A DNA stretch of 63,960 nucleotides, counting the filler, from Phoronis australis (Eukaryota; Animalia; Phoronida): NCBI GenBank assembly GCA_002633005.1. It is 6 parts of 6 records of this genome, joined end to end, with 100 filler letters (N's around TTAATTAATTAA, not from the genome) between each part and the next. Parts side by side here need not be neighbours in the genome. Positions count along the whole stretch, not along the records: positions 1 to 31,347 come from NMRA01000122.1; 5 more parts are not named here. One strand, given 5' to 3'. Positions 14,101 through 26,906 of the stretch are shown piece after piece. Position 1 is the stretch's first letter. Each line of letters opens with the position of its first letter. A program made the position numbers and the translations under genes. A model generated the notes under the pieces. The model was not told the origin of the DNA. It did no database searches and saw only the letters and a program-made list of their open reading frames with translations.

Positions 14101-17100
14101 TTTTTTAAGTGATAAAAGTTTTAACGAAAAACGAAATATGATATCGGATTACATGTTGAAGTTGTGTTTCAACATGACACCAAAACGTGTAACTTATTGC
14201 TGTTGCATGTAGTTCTTGAAAGTATCGACAGGTGGGATTTGTTGTTCATTTCAGCCTCTGTCTTTAAATTGGTTTTCGTTGTTCAATGCTTTAACTAATA
14301 TTTGTACTTGATAACACGCTTACTGGTCCGAAAGTGTTCCAAACAAGAACGAACCGACCAGCACGCCTCCCATAAATACAACTCCTTCAATTGTCGGTTT
14401 GCTTCCATCTCCGCATACTAGGTTGAACTGTAAAATAACATATAACACACAAAACAAGAGGATGGCGTGTACATTTTATGTTTCATATTATCTGGGCTTT
14501 CCTATCTTCCATTTCCTGAATGAGAAGTGTCAAAAGGCTTCATATTCCTTACTTCCCCACCCACTTACGTGAGAAACTTGTGTGAATCAGTTTACTCCAT
14601 AGACGTAAACATAGCCTACCTTGTCTATGCTGAGTCATGGTGTGTCTACAGTTTACTCTACCAAATTAAATATTAAAGATAGTGAAAGTAAACCCTCCAT
14701 GGTCACCGGTATAAGCACACGGTGGCACGGGCAGTCGAGAAAAGAATCGGCCAAGGTTGGATTTGCCCTATGGGTGCCCTGGCCAGCACATTTTTGTTGG
14801 AGAACTCTAGTTTTTTTAATGTAGTGCCGTAGTGTCGCGTAGGAATGCAGTATGCGTCTGTGCCCACTCGAAGACGTGTTCTTAACCATACATACACTGA
14901 AAGGATCTGAGAAAGCTTGTTATGCACAGATTTTTAAGAGCAAATTGTTTCAGAAGACAGTTTTAGGGAATGCAAAGCTGTTTCGTTTCCCCATGGATAC
15001 CTCCCTGTCAAGGAATAATGGAGTCATCTGTCGCTGTCTTTTCCCCTTATCCAACAGTAAACTATTTTGTATAAATCCCAGTTCTTGGGGGGAGCCCGGT
15101 GATAGCATCCATGGCTACTCTTTTCCCGTTGTTTTATTTTTAAAGGGTTGCTCACGGAGAGGGACACAATGTGAGAATCAGTTGCCTCTCATTTTCTGTT
15201 TTTGTGAAAATCGTACAACCGTAAAGGTGACGAGACGGTGGAAGGCGAGTGACCCATTTATGCTGCAATTGACTAAAAGACGATAAAATTAACTCAAAGC
15301 CAATCCAAAAAGGTGAAAAAAGGATTCAACAACTTTTTTCTGAAAGTGAGAAAAAATTTGTAACAGTGACTAAATTTCTACTCTTTCTTGAAAAAAGCGA
15401 AGAAATCGCCTAAAACATTGTGTCGTAATTAACAACACTACATGCAAGCTCACATATCATAAAATTTGCCGTTTATTTAACCTTGGAAAACGTGTGGGTG
15501 ATCTAGCTGTCTTTGACTGATGGACGTGGATGAACGTTCGTCTGACCTTTGTTTTCATGAAGAGAATTTCGGAATTTTCTTAATCTTTGGATTGAACTGA
15601 TGGCAGCATCTTAAAATCCAATGCGCATGCGTACCCGATAGAATGAGTGAATGCGCCGGATGCGCGTTTAATTTTTCCAAATCTTATGAACCTGCATGTA
15701 CACACGCAACGTTGAAAAGTCCACCAGTGTACACAAAATCCAATAACATAGAAACTTTAATTATAATCTCTGGCCCGCTTTCTCAAAAGCCGTGCGCCCT
15801 ATCGTAGCTAAGACGATTGTACGTGTACACGTTATCCCGTAGCAGCGGGTAGGAGCAAATTTTTTCCCTCCAGGGGTCGTCGACAATTACTAAACAAAAT
15901 AAACAAAACTGTCCCGACTGAGTCGGTCTTAAACAACAGATAGTTTTTATTTATTTAAACTTGTCGATCGATTACCTTCACGAATTGCTGAAGTTAGTGG
16001 AGTGTTTGCAAATAAAAGTCTAGCGTACTTCCGTCTTGGAGTTACGGTCTTTGATTAAACGAGGCCATGACTTCTTCAAATCGGGGGAAATTTACCCTGA
16101 CTTAGATGTCAAAATGTACATTTAGCCTGTGCCATGATCATAGCATAGGTACATATTCATTGCATTTGTGCATAACTTATGTCCTTGTTGGAATTAAAAG
16201 ATTTGCTGAAACACACGAAAAGCAAGAAATTGCCGTAAAAAGTCATATTTTCAGAGATGTCAAATCTCCAATTCTCTAAACACGTTTGTCATCTTGGAGT
16301 GAACGATCCCTAATTCGGATGTTTGTGTTCGTTGTAGTAGTTTTGGTCTAATAAATAAACATCATTTTTAATACAGACCGGGTTTGAAGCTCATCTAAAA
16401 TTATAGTTTTTTATTTACGAGTTTAACGATGTGTTATTTTTAAGTTTCCTAACCTCAGTCACGATTGTTTCCTGGAAAACCGACCTGTCATATACCCACG
16501 ATGTGCAGGTCTCCGTCTCTGTCGTATTCAAACCTGGCGCACGACTCGTGTTCACCGACAAACTTTCATTATTCCTCGCCATTTCCAAGGCTAGATCAAA
16601 ATCTATGTTCTTATATATTTTACATTTTTCATATTTCCCTTCAGACGTACGGGGAATAAATGCATCCACAAGTACTTGATGGATGTTGTTTTGAATCTCC
16701 AAGGTATCATTATCGTAGCCCGGAAGTGCACATCTGAAAAAGATAACAAGAAAGTGAACTGCACATGCCCACTGAAGTGACTTGTTGATGTAACATAGTC
16801 GTCGTATCGCGGGTTTTGTGTCAGCTACTGAGGTGGTTCGCGACTAGGGTTTAGGGGATGATAGTTATAATGTAGAGGCGTGGCCTGGAAACGTTTACAC
16901 CGTCTGAGAACGGGAAAAGAAATGAAACGAATACAATTAGTGATCCTTCATAAAGCTCGCCCACCAGTTTGTAATTTTTTATATTTTCTCTAGATTTCAT
17001 GACCGCTCGAAACCAGGCCGGTCTTAACTAAATAAGAACAAAAATATTTAAAATCGACTGTTTTCTACCCAAAACCATGACTAGCATGCAATCTGAAGGC

Positions 17101-18874
17101 AAAACAAAAATTGTGTGGAACTTTAGGTGCAGCAAGGGGTACCTGAATTCCCAGACAAATTTTGATTTGCCACCAGAATGTGATAGAGTGTTTAAGAACA
17201 GCCACGGTCGCAAAAAGTAGGTCAAAGAAACAACAAACTGCATGTTTTTAAAAATTAAATACTGAAAAGATTGCCATTCATAGTTGTCACACCTCAGGTC
17301 GAATCCAGCATTCGCCAATTTCCAGTGAAGTTGAGAGTGGTTTGACAGTGACTCCAAAAACCATTGAGTGCAACCATATCATATAGCCGGACAACGTCAG
17401 CTCATAACGGAAATCATACAATGTTTTAGCCAATTACAGAACAGAAGTATCAGTGGCCATGTATCAGTAAAAGCATTCACTTTGATGCAAACCTGTGCAC
17501 CCTCTTTGGAGTGACGCCGTAGTACTTGTCTTAGCCAACAGAAATCATTGGCTCAGCACGGTGGCTCTGATTGAACTTCATTGCCCGGTTGCATGAAACA
17601 GGCCCAAATAGGGACTCAACTGACTTCCCTAAACCTACTGCGTATTTTGGACTTGTGAAAACAATCAATTACCCTTTCTTGTATTGTTTAGTTTCATTAC
17701 TAAGTCAACTTTTGACTTTGATACAAATCGAACTTGAACACGACGTTGAATTGTCAATATTATCGGAAATAATTAGGAATTTTTTCATACAACACTCCCA
17801 ATTTAAGGATTGAGTCCCTATTCATTTTCACTGAACTCTGTGCTCAGTTTTTACTAATATTATTAGAAAATTTCATTTATCAAAGAGGAGCTCATAACAA
17901 AGATGAAATGATAGAAAAATATTGCATCTGTGAGTTCATAAAGAAACAAATACACAAAAGGACTTAGGGACCTTAGTTGAGTCCCTATTTGGGACAGTTT
18001 CATGCAAACAGCCACAGATAACTTGATTTTTTTATTCGCTTTAGTAAGCTGACTGAAAGACTCAAGAGTCTGATAATCCCTATCTGCAAACATGATTATC
18101 AACTATGAGTTGATCGAGTAAGATTCCAAAATCGTTGATAACATGACCAGGTAACACAGATTGGTACAAACCTTTGGCCGTCGCTTTGAACGATAAAATT
18201 GAGATTTTTCACCCATGGATGTAAACAACCCCAATACTCTACGTTCTTTCTTTCATATATTGAGAACATTGTGAAACATTCTGGTAAAGCAATGTTATAC
18301 TTTACCGCCGAGAAAAGTAGTTTTCTGAAGTCAGCCCGAGAGCGTATTGGAACCGAGAACCTTCACGGTCGCATCCAAACGCCTTTATTGCTGACGAACC
18401 AAATCGCGCTAGATAAGTGACAGAGTATTTTGGCGGATGATTAGTATAAAATACAATATTTAAAATGCGTAAACGCGACATGAATATTGATGGTCCTTTT
18501 ATCCAAACAAAACCTTTGGGTCAAGTTTTTGAAATATTCTAGATGCGGTGCATGTCTCTACGTTTCCGTTTCAGTGAGACGCTCCCGTGAAAGATTTTTG
18601 CTGGTTCCTTGTTTCTTGGGGATTGCTGTCGTATATACTATTTCTTTAAACTTTAGCACAGCTACATATTATTCATATTAAAATAAAGTATGAGTCATCT
18701 TGGCAGACCTCTCTGACTGTAATTTTTCTACCTGTGAGCCGGTTCGGATTTCAAAAACGCTCCAGATAGGATATGAAATGCAGCCGGTATTGAAGTCAAA
18801 CATATCAGTAGGTGTGTCCGCCTCTGGTATGCACCGTAGCTCCCAAGGTGTGTTAGAATTTCGTCAAACTTCAT
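5184..18874 (-). CDS. SLC22-family (organic cation/anion transporter-like) MFS transporter, complete, 11 coding exons, 590 aa (copy A)
   Basis: Exons 18874-18732, 16733-16454, 14427-14324, 13855-13701, 13185-13017, 12438-12357, 11074-10926, 10271-10051, 9223-9042, 8074-7920, 5316-5184; all GT-AG, phases compatible, 1773 nt. Motifs MKFDEILTHLGSYGAYQ, TIVTEFNLVC, LSDQIGRKK, MELIGPRFR, WLVPESARWL, YYGLSLNSGNLGG, EIYPTVAR, MARVGS, LLPETKG are SLC22 hallmarks. In-frame upstream ATGs exist, so the start could be slightly 5'. Confidence 0.95.
11310..12210 (+). mobile_element. Degenerate 5'-truncated Penelope-like retroelement (GIY-YIG endonuclease remnant) with inverted pseudo-LTR, in intron 6 of SLC22 copy A
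   Basis: Frameshifted peptide YSQGVSEILCRIYSKHNIKVAFRP..GVMYQVDC/CDAPYIGESGRHLRTGIDEH..GHKIDWEYVDIIDSE/EAMQIKRGNPTINRDVG at 11640-12090; ~11345-11495 is an inverted copy of ~12055-12208; direct repeat TATTGTCTTT at 11300-11309 and 12211-12220; absent from the paralog intron. Confidence 0.9.
12120..12165 (+). ncRNA. Hammerhead-ribozyme-like motif of the Penelope pLTR (probably degenerate)
   Basis: CTGACGA-A-GTCC(loop)GGAC-GAA-AGCT; G at the expected cleavage position and no clean stem I. Second diverged copy on minus strand at ~11388-11430. Confidence 0.6.
17582..18013. mobile_element. MITE (possibly PIF/Harbinger-type) in intron 1 of SLC22 copy A
   Basis: gcccggttgcatgaaacaggcccaaatagggactcaact vs agttgagtccctatttgggacagtttcatgcaaacagcc: ~40-bp imperfect TIRs. 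Superfamily is inference. Confidence 0.7.
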
Positions 18875-19855
18875 CCTGGCACTCGGGCTACCCTGGATCT
18901 GGTACATACGAATTCTGTCAGTTGAGCTCATATCTCCTGTGACTGACACGTGATACTTCCGATAAGAATACCGTAGTACAGTTTGATGTTTGAGCAAAAC
19001 TTCAGGACATTTCAACTTACTAAAAAGGAGTTCACGCCGTCTGATGTCTTTTTCGATGCATCACACGTGCGCAGGCGCGCTTCAACACTGGCAACACTCG
19101 CACGTGACCTAAGTATTCTAGTGAAAGAGCTTCGCTGGTTCCTTGTGCGTCGCTATGTGGTAGCCAGCACGCACGGAACAAGCGAGGTGAAACAACTTGA
19201 GACCCCGAGACTAGCCGTGAGAGATTGCACATTGAGTTTATTACTATGGAAAGTCCTACACTGTAACTAATGTAAACTGATCTATCCACAGTATGTTTAA
19301 CGCTACATAACCCATATTTGCCCATTTTCATCTATCCTACAAGCTTTGTGTGCAAATTTCGGATAGATGGTTGGAGTAATTAGTTTATCTTTTTTTGTAA
19401 ATATCACTGCATCCAGTATTTCTATTAAGGTCCAGTTAATTACAATATATAAACATGTATAATTTTGGATGAATGACTGACTAAATTGTCCACAGCAACT
19501 GTTAAGGATCCTTATTCTAAAATCTTTTTAGGGTGGAAATCTTTTGAATAGTTGAAATTATTTCCTTACTGAAGACAACCAGTCATTAAAATAACCTCTA
19601 TGGTTCATTTCCTTTTTAGTTACCATTACACTCTGTTATTTAACGCATTTTGGGAACACTCTTGGTTTTTAGAACTAAAAATGTTTTTTAAACCTGTCAG
19701 CAATGCGAAATGGTCACTTTAATTATTTTTCTTTTACTCCAGGTATAATCATCAAGAACTGATTAAGAGCTTTCTAATGACATGACTCTTGTGCAACTCG
19801 GTTGAAAAACGGCGGAGCTACGAAGTTTTAGTGGCAGAAAATTCCACACCAAATA

Positions 19856-20246
19856 CCGGGAATTTCCGTACATAAGTCCATGGGCGTGTATTCGGAAAAT
19901 GAAAATTTTCAGGCGTTTTAGCAACACCAAAAAACGCCCGGGCGTTTATTCGGAAAAGGGTGCGTGTGAACGGAAAGCCATAGTTTTGCTGACTTGACAC
20001 TCCTTTTGTTAATAAATGCATAGTTCGCCAACGCCTTGTTCATTTTTAAAACTGAATTTGTGACAATAACTTGATGCTGAGTGGGTTTTTAAGAGAAAAA
20101 ATTCCAACTAAACGTCCCACTGTGTGGATACTTGACAACACAGGTTGTAACACCAAATAAATCTTATGGGCGTGTATTCGACATAATTTTCCAAACAAAC
20201 GCCCATGGGCGTTTCATCGGGTGGGCTTATCTACGGAAAACCCCGG
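19856..20246 (+). mobile_element. ~390-bp MITE with TA target duplication (Tc1/mariner-pogo-like), copy 1
   Basis: TA|CCGGGAATTTCCGTA ... TACGGAAAACCCCGG|TA; repeated internal motif gggcgt(g/t)tattcg; second copy inverted at 23220-23631. Confidence 0.75.
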
Positions 20247-23219
20247 TACAAACAACGGGCAAACAAATACAAACAAAGTCCACGCATGCGCAGGACTACC
20301 TCAGCAGCGCGAGATCGAAGTTGGCATTCCAGGGCTAGAGTTCTATGCTAAGAGCAACCTGGCTTTAGAGCTCGAATTGTGTAACTGTCGTTGCCAGATT
20401 TTGACGAGACAGTCTGCTGTGAGATGGGTAGGACGGCAGGAGAAGTTCTTTGGTCAGATTGCCAACATTTTATGTTGGGTCGCGTGAGGGAAAATATACT
20501 TAACCATATACTAACCGGAATTTTTCAAAGTAACCCTGGGACTAGTACACATGACCAAAAACCTTAGGATGTATAGTTATGTTTCACTATACAATGAAAT
20601 CAAAAAGGCTGAACAATCTTTCTTGACAAAATTAATTAACTCTGCTGTAGACCGTTTGTTCTTCAAACGTAACTCTTGACTCTTTTGATAGGGTCGTGTT
20701 AACCGTAGGGAACTTAGAGGGTACGTGTCGTAGGCCCGTGAATTCAGGGATTCCCGCAATCACCAACGTTAAACTTTCAGGTACGTAATTAATTGTTACA
20801 CAATTACAAATTAAGCCAATAGCAGTCGACATTTTGTTTGGAATATGTCAAGACGCTACAGGTACATAGGCGAACTAAGATAGTGTAGGGCAAAGAAAAT
20901 TTGAGCACAACGCCTGGTCGACTCCAGTTTCGCTTTGAGGTCTACACCCAAGTTTATTCCCTTCCATGCCGAGTGGGTCGACATCGGTTTTACCTCCACC
21001 TGCGCGCATGTTATATACCTGATATTTTTACCTCCGCCGCACCTCCACTTTGGTTAGTCCTTAGGAATAAGACGTTATGGGGAAAAGGGGAGCAAAAACT
21101 GGTTCGCGATCGGCGTCGCAAAATTTTTGTACCTGCGATCTCCAAAGTCAGAATTCTCCGCATCACCATCACTTTGCCGACACTTCCGCACTCTCCGGAC
21201 CCTCGCTTTAGGCGTACAGACTTTGCTTCGGGAGCAGGGCAATATCCCCGTGGAAATTGTCACCAGAAACTTGAGTACCAATCCTCGACAAAATTTTGTG
21301 AGAACAGTTAGTTCTTTAGTTTTGGTGTACTAATGTTATGTGGTGACGAAGAGATGTATTGCCAAAATCATTGTCAGGAGATGCGCAAGAAATCCCTCAA
21401 GGATGCAAAATTTGGGAAAATACATACTGCAGAATATAAAAACTAAATGCACACATACCGCGCATTTTTCGTTAATTGCCGATTGTTTCAAGAACTTTTA
21501 AAAAGTTGCGAAGCACTTTTGGAATTTTTTAGGCAATTCCCTATACCAGATGGGCAACAGAGAAAGGACGGGATGCTGGGTTTTGGGGCTCTCTACCTAG
21601 AATTTTTAATAATTTTGTGTTATTAACGTGAATTATAATTCATTCCAATAGTTGCATGTTATACAATAGTTTGTGAGTTAAACGTTCACTCCAAAATCAC
21701 AGAAATCTTTGTTCACAATTGGCGCTCCAGTCGTACACTGTCAACAAAATCATACCACTGGATGTCTGATTGAGAAAGCGAGTTCTGTACGAGCAACTCC
21801 TTTTTCATCAATAATGCCGGACTGTCTCATAGAAGCTAATTTGAATACCAAAGTTAAGATTACACAAAAAACAATTACAGGCGATCTGGTATACGTTGTA
21901 CCAGACGTGCGTAGGCCGCTGGGGTTGTGCCCATTGGACTAATCACCTGGAACCATATTTGTGTTTTATGATAAAACTGAGTCGACGAGCTGAACATTAT
22001 GATTGTGTAGGAACCCAGAAAAATATCCAATTGGTGTTCACTTCGGAACGTCATACATTCTATCTCAAGAACGGCTAGTTTGACTAGTGTCAAAATTTCA
22101 CATAAAACTTTTACACATTTCACCGAAAATTGGTTCGCTGGACCACCAAAAATAGTTCTTATGAGATTTTCATGAAAAAAATCCAATGCTGCATAAACGA
22201 AAAAGAAATGTTTTAAAAAACTGTAACAGATTTTTTTATCCAATGAATTTTGGTCATGCTGTCGTATTGTTAAGAATGTAATTCAGTCTTTCATTGCTTT
22301 CTACTTTTAGGAAACATATACTAGTACAGAGTTGATTTGTATAGTTTGAATAAAGTTGGTTAAATGCCCAGTCCTGTCAGTGAGATCCAAAATAGCCTAA
22401 ATCTAAGCACAGAGACAAACTTGATGGAATAATTAAACAAAATCTGAAAATAATTATAAAACCTTATGATCAAAATCGTATCAAAGATCTTCAGAAGAAA
22501 TTCTTTTAAAAAAGTACCAGTATTTTCATCCTTATAAAACCATCGAGAAAATATTAATTTCGTAGAATTCACAGCTAGTATGGTCTTCGAGGTCCGGTGT
22601 TTTATATTGCTAGCGCCAATGGGTATGGCACGATCGGTGTAATGGCCACTGAGTTGCCGATTTGGGCAACTGAGCGAAGGATTGTGAGAAAAAGATTGAT
22701 TGCGGGAGTAGTTGTTCGAACAAGGAAAAATAAATGACATAAACGGCCTCCTAAGATGTCCCTCTATGGGCAAAATGTACTTTTAGAAACATGATTTGAA
22801 GGTTTAATCAGTGTGACGCATAATTCGTCGAAAAGCTTCCGGCGTATGGAGGGCCTATGGGATGGCTACCGTCTCTACTGCGGCCAGTTGAGTCATTGGT
22901 ACTGGCTAGTCTTTCACTATGTTTTATAATCTAATGGCCCCAACTGACCCCTCCCCCAATGTGATCACGGTTGTCATGATATAAGCCCCTCCTCCGTCAA
23001 GCCTCTAATTGCGTCACAACCAACTCCTGTTTTTGGAATTACCAACAGTTCGTTGGAGATTCGGTCTTGGGGAAAGCTGTCTTTTTATAATCGTAAGTTG
23101 CATTTGCTGCGATAGTATTCAGCAATGAAATAAAGTACGCCCTGAATATTTACATAGCTAACTACACCAGACGAGTTAGGATAGGGCGGGGAAAGTGTGT
23201 GTTCATAAGGGAGGCCTGG

Positions 23220-23631
23220 CCGTCATTTTCCGTAGACAAGTCCACCCGATGAAACGCCCATGAGCGTTTATTGGGAAGATAATACCGAATAATAGTCCGT
23301 GGGCGTTTATTTGGTGTTACAACTTCTGGTGTCAAGTGTCCAAATAGTGTGCCGTTTATTCGGAAAATTTCCCTTAAAGCCCACTCAGCGTCAACTTTTT
23401 GTCACAAATTCAGTTTTGTGGAGCATTTATTACTGGGAACACGAACAAGGTGTTGAGGAACTATGCATAAAATTTAAAAACACTGTTTTAAGTAAAATAT
23501 GCTAAAGTCGGCAAATCTATAACTTCCTTTAAAATCCTCCGTTTCCGAATAAACGTCCGGGCGTTTATTTGGTGTTACTAAAACGCCTGGAAATTTTCGT
23601 TTTCCAAATACACCCTCACGGAAAATACCGG
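23220..23631 (-). mobile_element. ~400-bp MITE, copy 2 (inverted relative to 19856-20246)
   Basis: Reverse complement aligns along its length with copy 1 (cccactcagcgtcaactttttgtcacaaattcagtttt vs aaaactgaatttgtgacaataacttgatgctgagtggg); right end ACGGAAAATACCGG|TA. Confidence 0.75.
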
Positions 23632-24253
23632 TAGCAGTTTTACTGGCTAAAACGCTTGCGAAAACCCTGTCAAAGATGCAGCCACCAGGCTTAATTTGAC
23701 TAAACGCAAATGCACGTAGGCCTACAGTGTATATCTGCAGTTCCAGGAAAGCTATGGATACGTCAAACTGTCTAAAATGTTACCATGATGCAAATATGTC
23801 ATTTATGTGCTTTGCACTGTAATATATCGCACGTTCACTTTACACCAGACAAATCGCCACCCTTTCAACCAACTTGTGTTTGTTCAAAAGAATCGCATTA
23901 TGAAACTGACCCTGTCGCAACAAAATGGTCAGACTGTGTACGAAAATAGGCCCATGGGAAAACGTCAAAGGAAATCGTTTATACCGACTCGGGCGTATTT
24001 TGGGGAACGGGGAGGGGCATATTTTCCGAAATTCTAAAACATATGTGGTTTTGTTAAACAAACATTAGTGGTTTTTTAAAGAAACACATCCTTTTTAATG
24101 TATTAATTGTATCTCACTGGTAAGAGTTTCATTATTCCATTTGACAAACACAGTTTGTTAAAACAGTTATTCTTGATATTAGTTGTCAACAAAATCAACA
24201 AATATCTCTTTGAGTGATAGTCATTTGACCGAAATCGCAACTCCCAAAATATA

Positions 24254-25654
24254 ATGGCTCTCCAAAATTATGCTTTACTTCAAAACATATTACATGCGCG
24301 TTATATAACGAGTCCCTCAGATTTTCAAGACATGCTAACAGTTACCGAAAATACGCATATGTTTGTACTTTTTGAAAATTTTCCGAAAATACGCCAATTG
24401 ACGTACTTGCTTTGTGGTGAGTCGGAAATTCCCGGAAGTTGTCCTTTGACGTGTACGATTGGTGACGTTGACCTATTCGTGACGTATTCACTTTACAAAT
24501 TCTGTAAAATGAACCCGGGAATGGCTCACAGAGTCATTCGAAACCTTATAAAAGTTACGATATCATGGTTTATAGACTTTATTTTGCGAATTGTGCTGAA
24601 AACGACAGAGAAAGTTTACTTTGTCACAAGGAAATTTCCGCGCATTGTGTCTTTTAGCAAGAAAGACGCTTCTGGAACCACCGCAGTGAGTGACAAGTGG
24701 TCAGGAGACGCATCTGACGCGTCTAAAACTATTCAGAAAGCAAAAGTTGATACTAAATTAATGGAATCTTATGTCAGGTGTGTAACAGATTTGTGTTGTC
24801 TTCTTGTGTTAGCATCACGCCGCAAAAAGGTAAACACTGCCGGCAAATCAATGGACCTCGGTGGGCATGTCACCGAGTGTGAAGTCGAGTGCAAAATTGG
24901 AAACTCGACCACCATCTACAAAGAAAACGCTAAATGTGAAAGCAACACTTCAGAGGAAGTGTCCCGCGATTCCACAGAGAACGACGAGAAGGTAAAACAG
25001 AATTATGTCTATGAAAATTAGGATTTAACAAATTTACATAAAGATCCAATTGATGTCACTGATGCTGAAGGGAGAAAAGTCGTGCAATTCAACCTTAGAA
25101 ACAAACCAGACGACGTCGAAGAAGTTCAACAGGAAGTCAGCCAACTGTCAAGTACCATTGGGTTCGCTGATGATGCTCATGGTAAGGAAAAAGTCTTGAA
25201 AACCGAAAGCAACCCCGCTCAAAATGACCACTTAGAAGACGCTACGCTATCTGATTTCACTAAGACAACTGAGCCTACAGTTTCGGAGGAAGTGGGCCAC
25301 ATTTTAGCAGAGAAAGATGAGAAGGTCAAGAACAGTATGCATGAGAACAAACATCTACCGGATGTAGACAAAGACATTACTGGTGACCCTGATGACAGAA
25401 GTAGAGAAGTAGTGGAATTGGATGGTAGAAGCAAACCAGGCGACGTTGACGTTGTAAGACAGGAAGTCATCCAGCCGTCAGATATCACTGGGTTCGCTGA
25501 TGCGGCTGATGGTATCGAGAACGTCCTGAAATCCAAAAGTAAAAGCGTTGAAGGTTACCACTTTGGAGACGCCACCAAGACGACCGAGTCTGTAGATTCA
25601 GAGGAAGTATGTCACATTTCTGCAGACGAGCTTTGCGGTCATAATAACTTATAA
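24254..25654 (+). pseudogene. Intronless orphan reading frame (~466 codons) with ~110-aa acidic tandem repeats, interrupted by one in-frame TAG
   Basis: ORFs 24254-25021 and 25082-25654 are in the same frame and the 20 codons between them are open; repeat units start at 24950, 25283, 25598 (SEEV..DEKVK..KP.DV..V.QEV.Q....GFAD.A.G.E.VLK); no family recognised. Confidence 0.55.
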
Positions 25655-26430
25655 TAACTTAAAGAAGTCTATTCCTGTACGCCATAATAATCACGGTAAA
25701 ATGAGATTTTCCCTCTAAATCCGATGGTGTCGCTATAGAGCTTCATGCAGCACCATCTTTGCAATCCGTTGTTTTGGTTCGTGTTTCGTGTTGGGTCCCT
25801 TTGCATTTTTTAATACGGAGAGCTTGCGTTCCTAGTTACGCTATCAAGGACCAAATGGCCTTCACAGGTCACTTAAACGGCACCATTCAACGCTGCTAAC
25901 TTGATTTATTCCAGCTTGCGACTCCGGTTTGACCTAATTAACACTGACAAAACTTTACTACCATTTTATACAAATCTACTACAAAGATCCCACATACTAT
26001 CAGAGAAAGAAGAATGTGCTAAATTGTCCTAAAACGCCCTCAAAAGTTAGGTTGAACAGTCTCATTTAAAGACATCAGTCAACTACCGGTAGTAATCCCG
26101 CGATTCAATAAAGGTGAAATCTCATATACCTTTTCCTTCATTGTCCAACTAAATTATTGAATGGTGTCTCACACCCGACACCGTTGTAGAAGTTAAGCCC
26201 CTGACAGTAATTATGAGTACGATCTCGGCACATAGCCTCATGGCAGCTGTGGTGAAACTGTAGCCGGTATTGGAATCTGTGAGGAAAGTTGATTTTAATG
26301 GAGCATTTCACCGCTAGATTTCATTGTCTTTACCCAAGTGTTAGGTGTTTTCAACACATTACCACACTCATCAAACCTTGAATTGCTGCAGAATGAGTCG
26401 GCTACTCTAGTCACAGGCAATGTGTACCTT

Positions 26431-26620
26431 CGTCATATTTGAGTTCGCAATTTTAGGGTTGACCAGCCGCAATAAACTCTGGAACGTTTTCTAGAGGTGC
26501 ACTCGGTGTTCTTGTTGGTAATGGGAATACAATCATATGGTAAGGAATATTATGAGACCGACTTTACCAAAGGCCTAATTCAATTTTCGTTTCAGTCTGC
26601 GTAACAGGGCCAAATGCATC
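26431..26620 (+). repeat. Old dispersed repeat fragment, with further copies at ~46227-46425 and ~54118-54300
   Basis: Shared core ..tagggttg..caata....gtttt....tgttcttgttgg..gga(a)ata.a.tc seen in all three places; boundaries approximate. Confidence 0.5.
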
Positions 26621-26906
26621 TTCCATGACGTGGTCTTTCCCTTTTTTGTGTTCGGTCTTAATATAGCGCGAAGTTCGGTCTTATCAATTTGGACACATTT
26701 TTGGTCTTGAGCCTTATGCCTTTAGTACTTGTTCCTCAAACGGTCCCCGTGCAGTTTGTTAGGACACGTCATTCAACGAGACGAGCATGGTCATGGGAAA
26801 AACTTTCAGTTCCTGTCGTCTTTGGAATTATTTGAAACGCGGTTTGTCATACAGTCATTAAAAGTGTCTCTTAAGGTTCCCAAAGCTCCCAGTAAGTTCA
26901 GTTCTT

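Noticed and set aside
14852-15286. 144-aa ORF with LFRFP.D as a THAP domain
   Set aside because: Lacks the N-terminal Cys pair, conserved Trp and CxxHF; antisense within an SLC22 intron.
21127-21333. LRTLALGVQTLLREQGNIPVEIV as a tyrosine recombinase box
   Set aside because: No HxxR or downstream His/Tyr catalytic residues; resemblance too weak without a search.
25019-25021. Pyrrolysine or selenocysteine recoding
   Set aside because: The codon is TAG not TGA, animals lack the Pyl system, and it is one substitution from a Lys codon (AAG), the residue found in the sister repeat.
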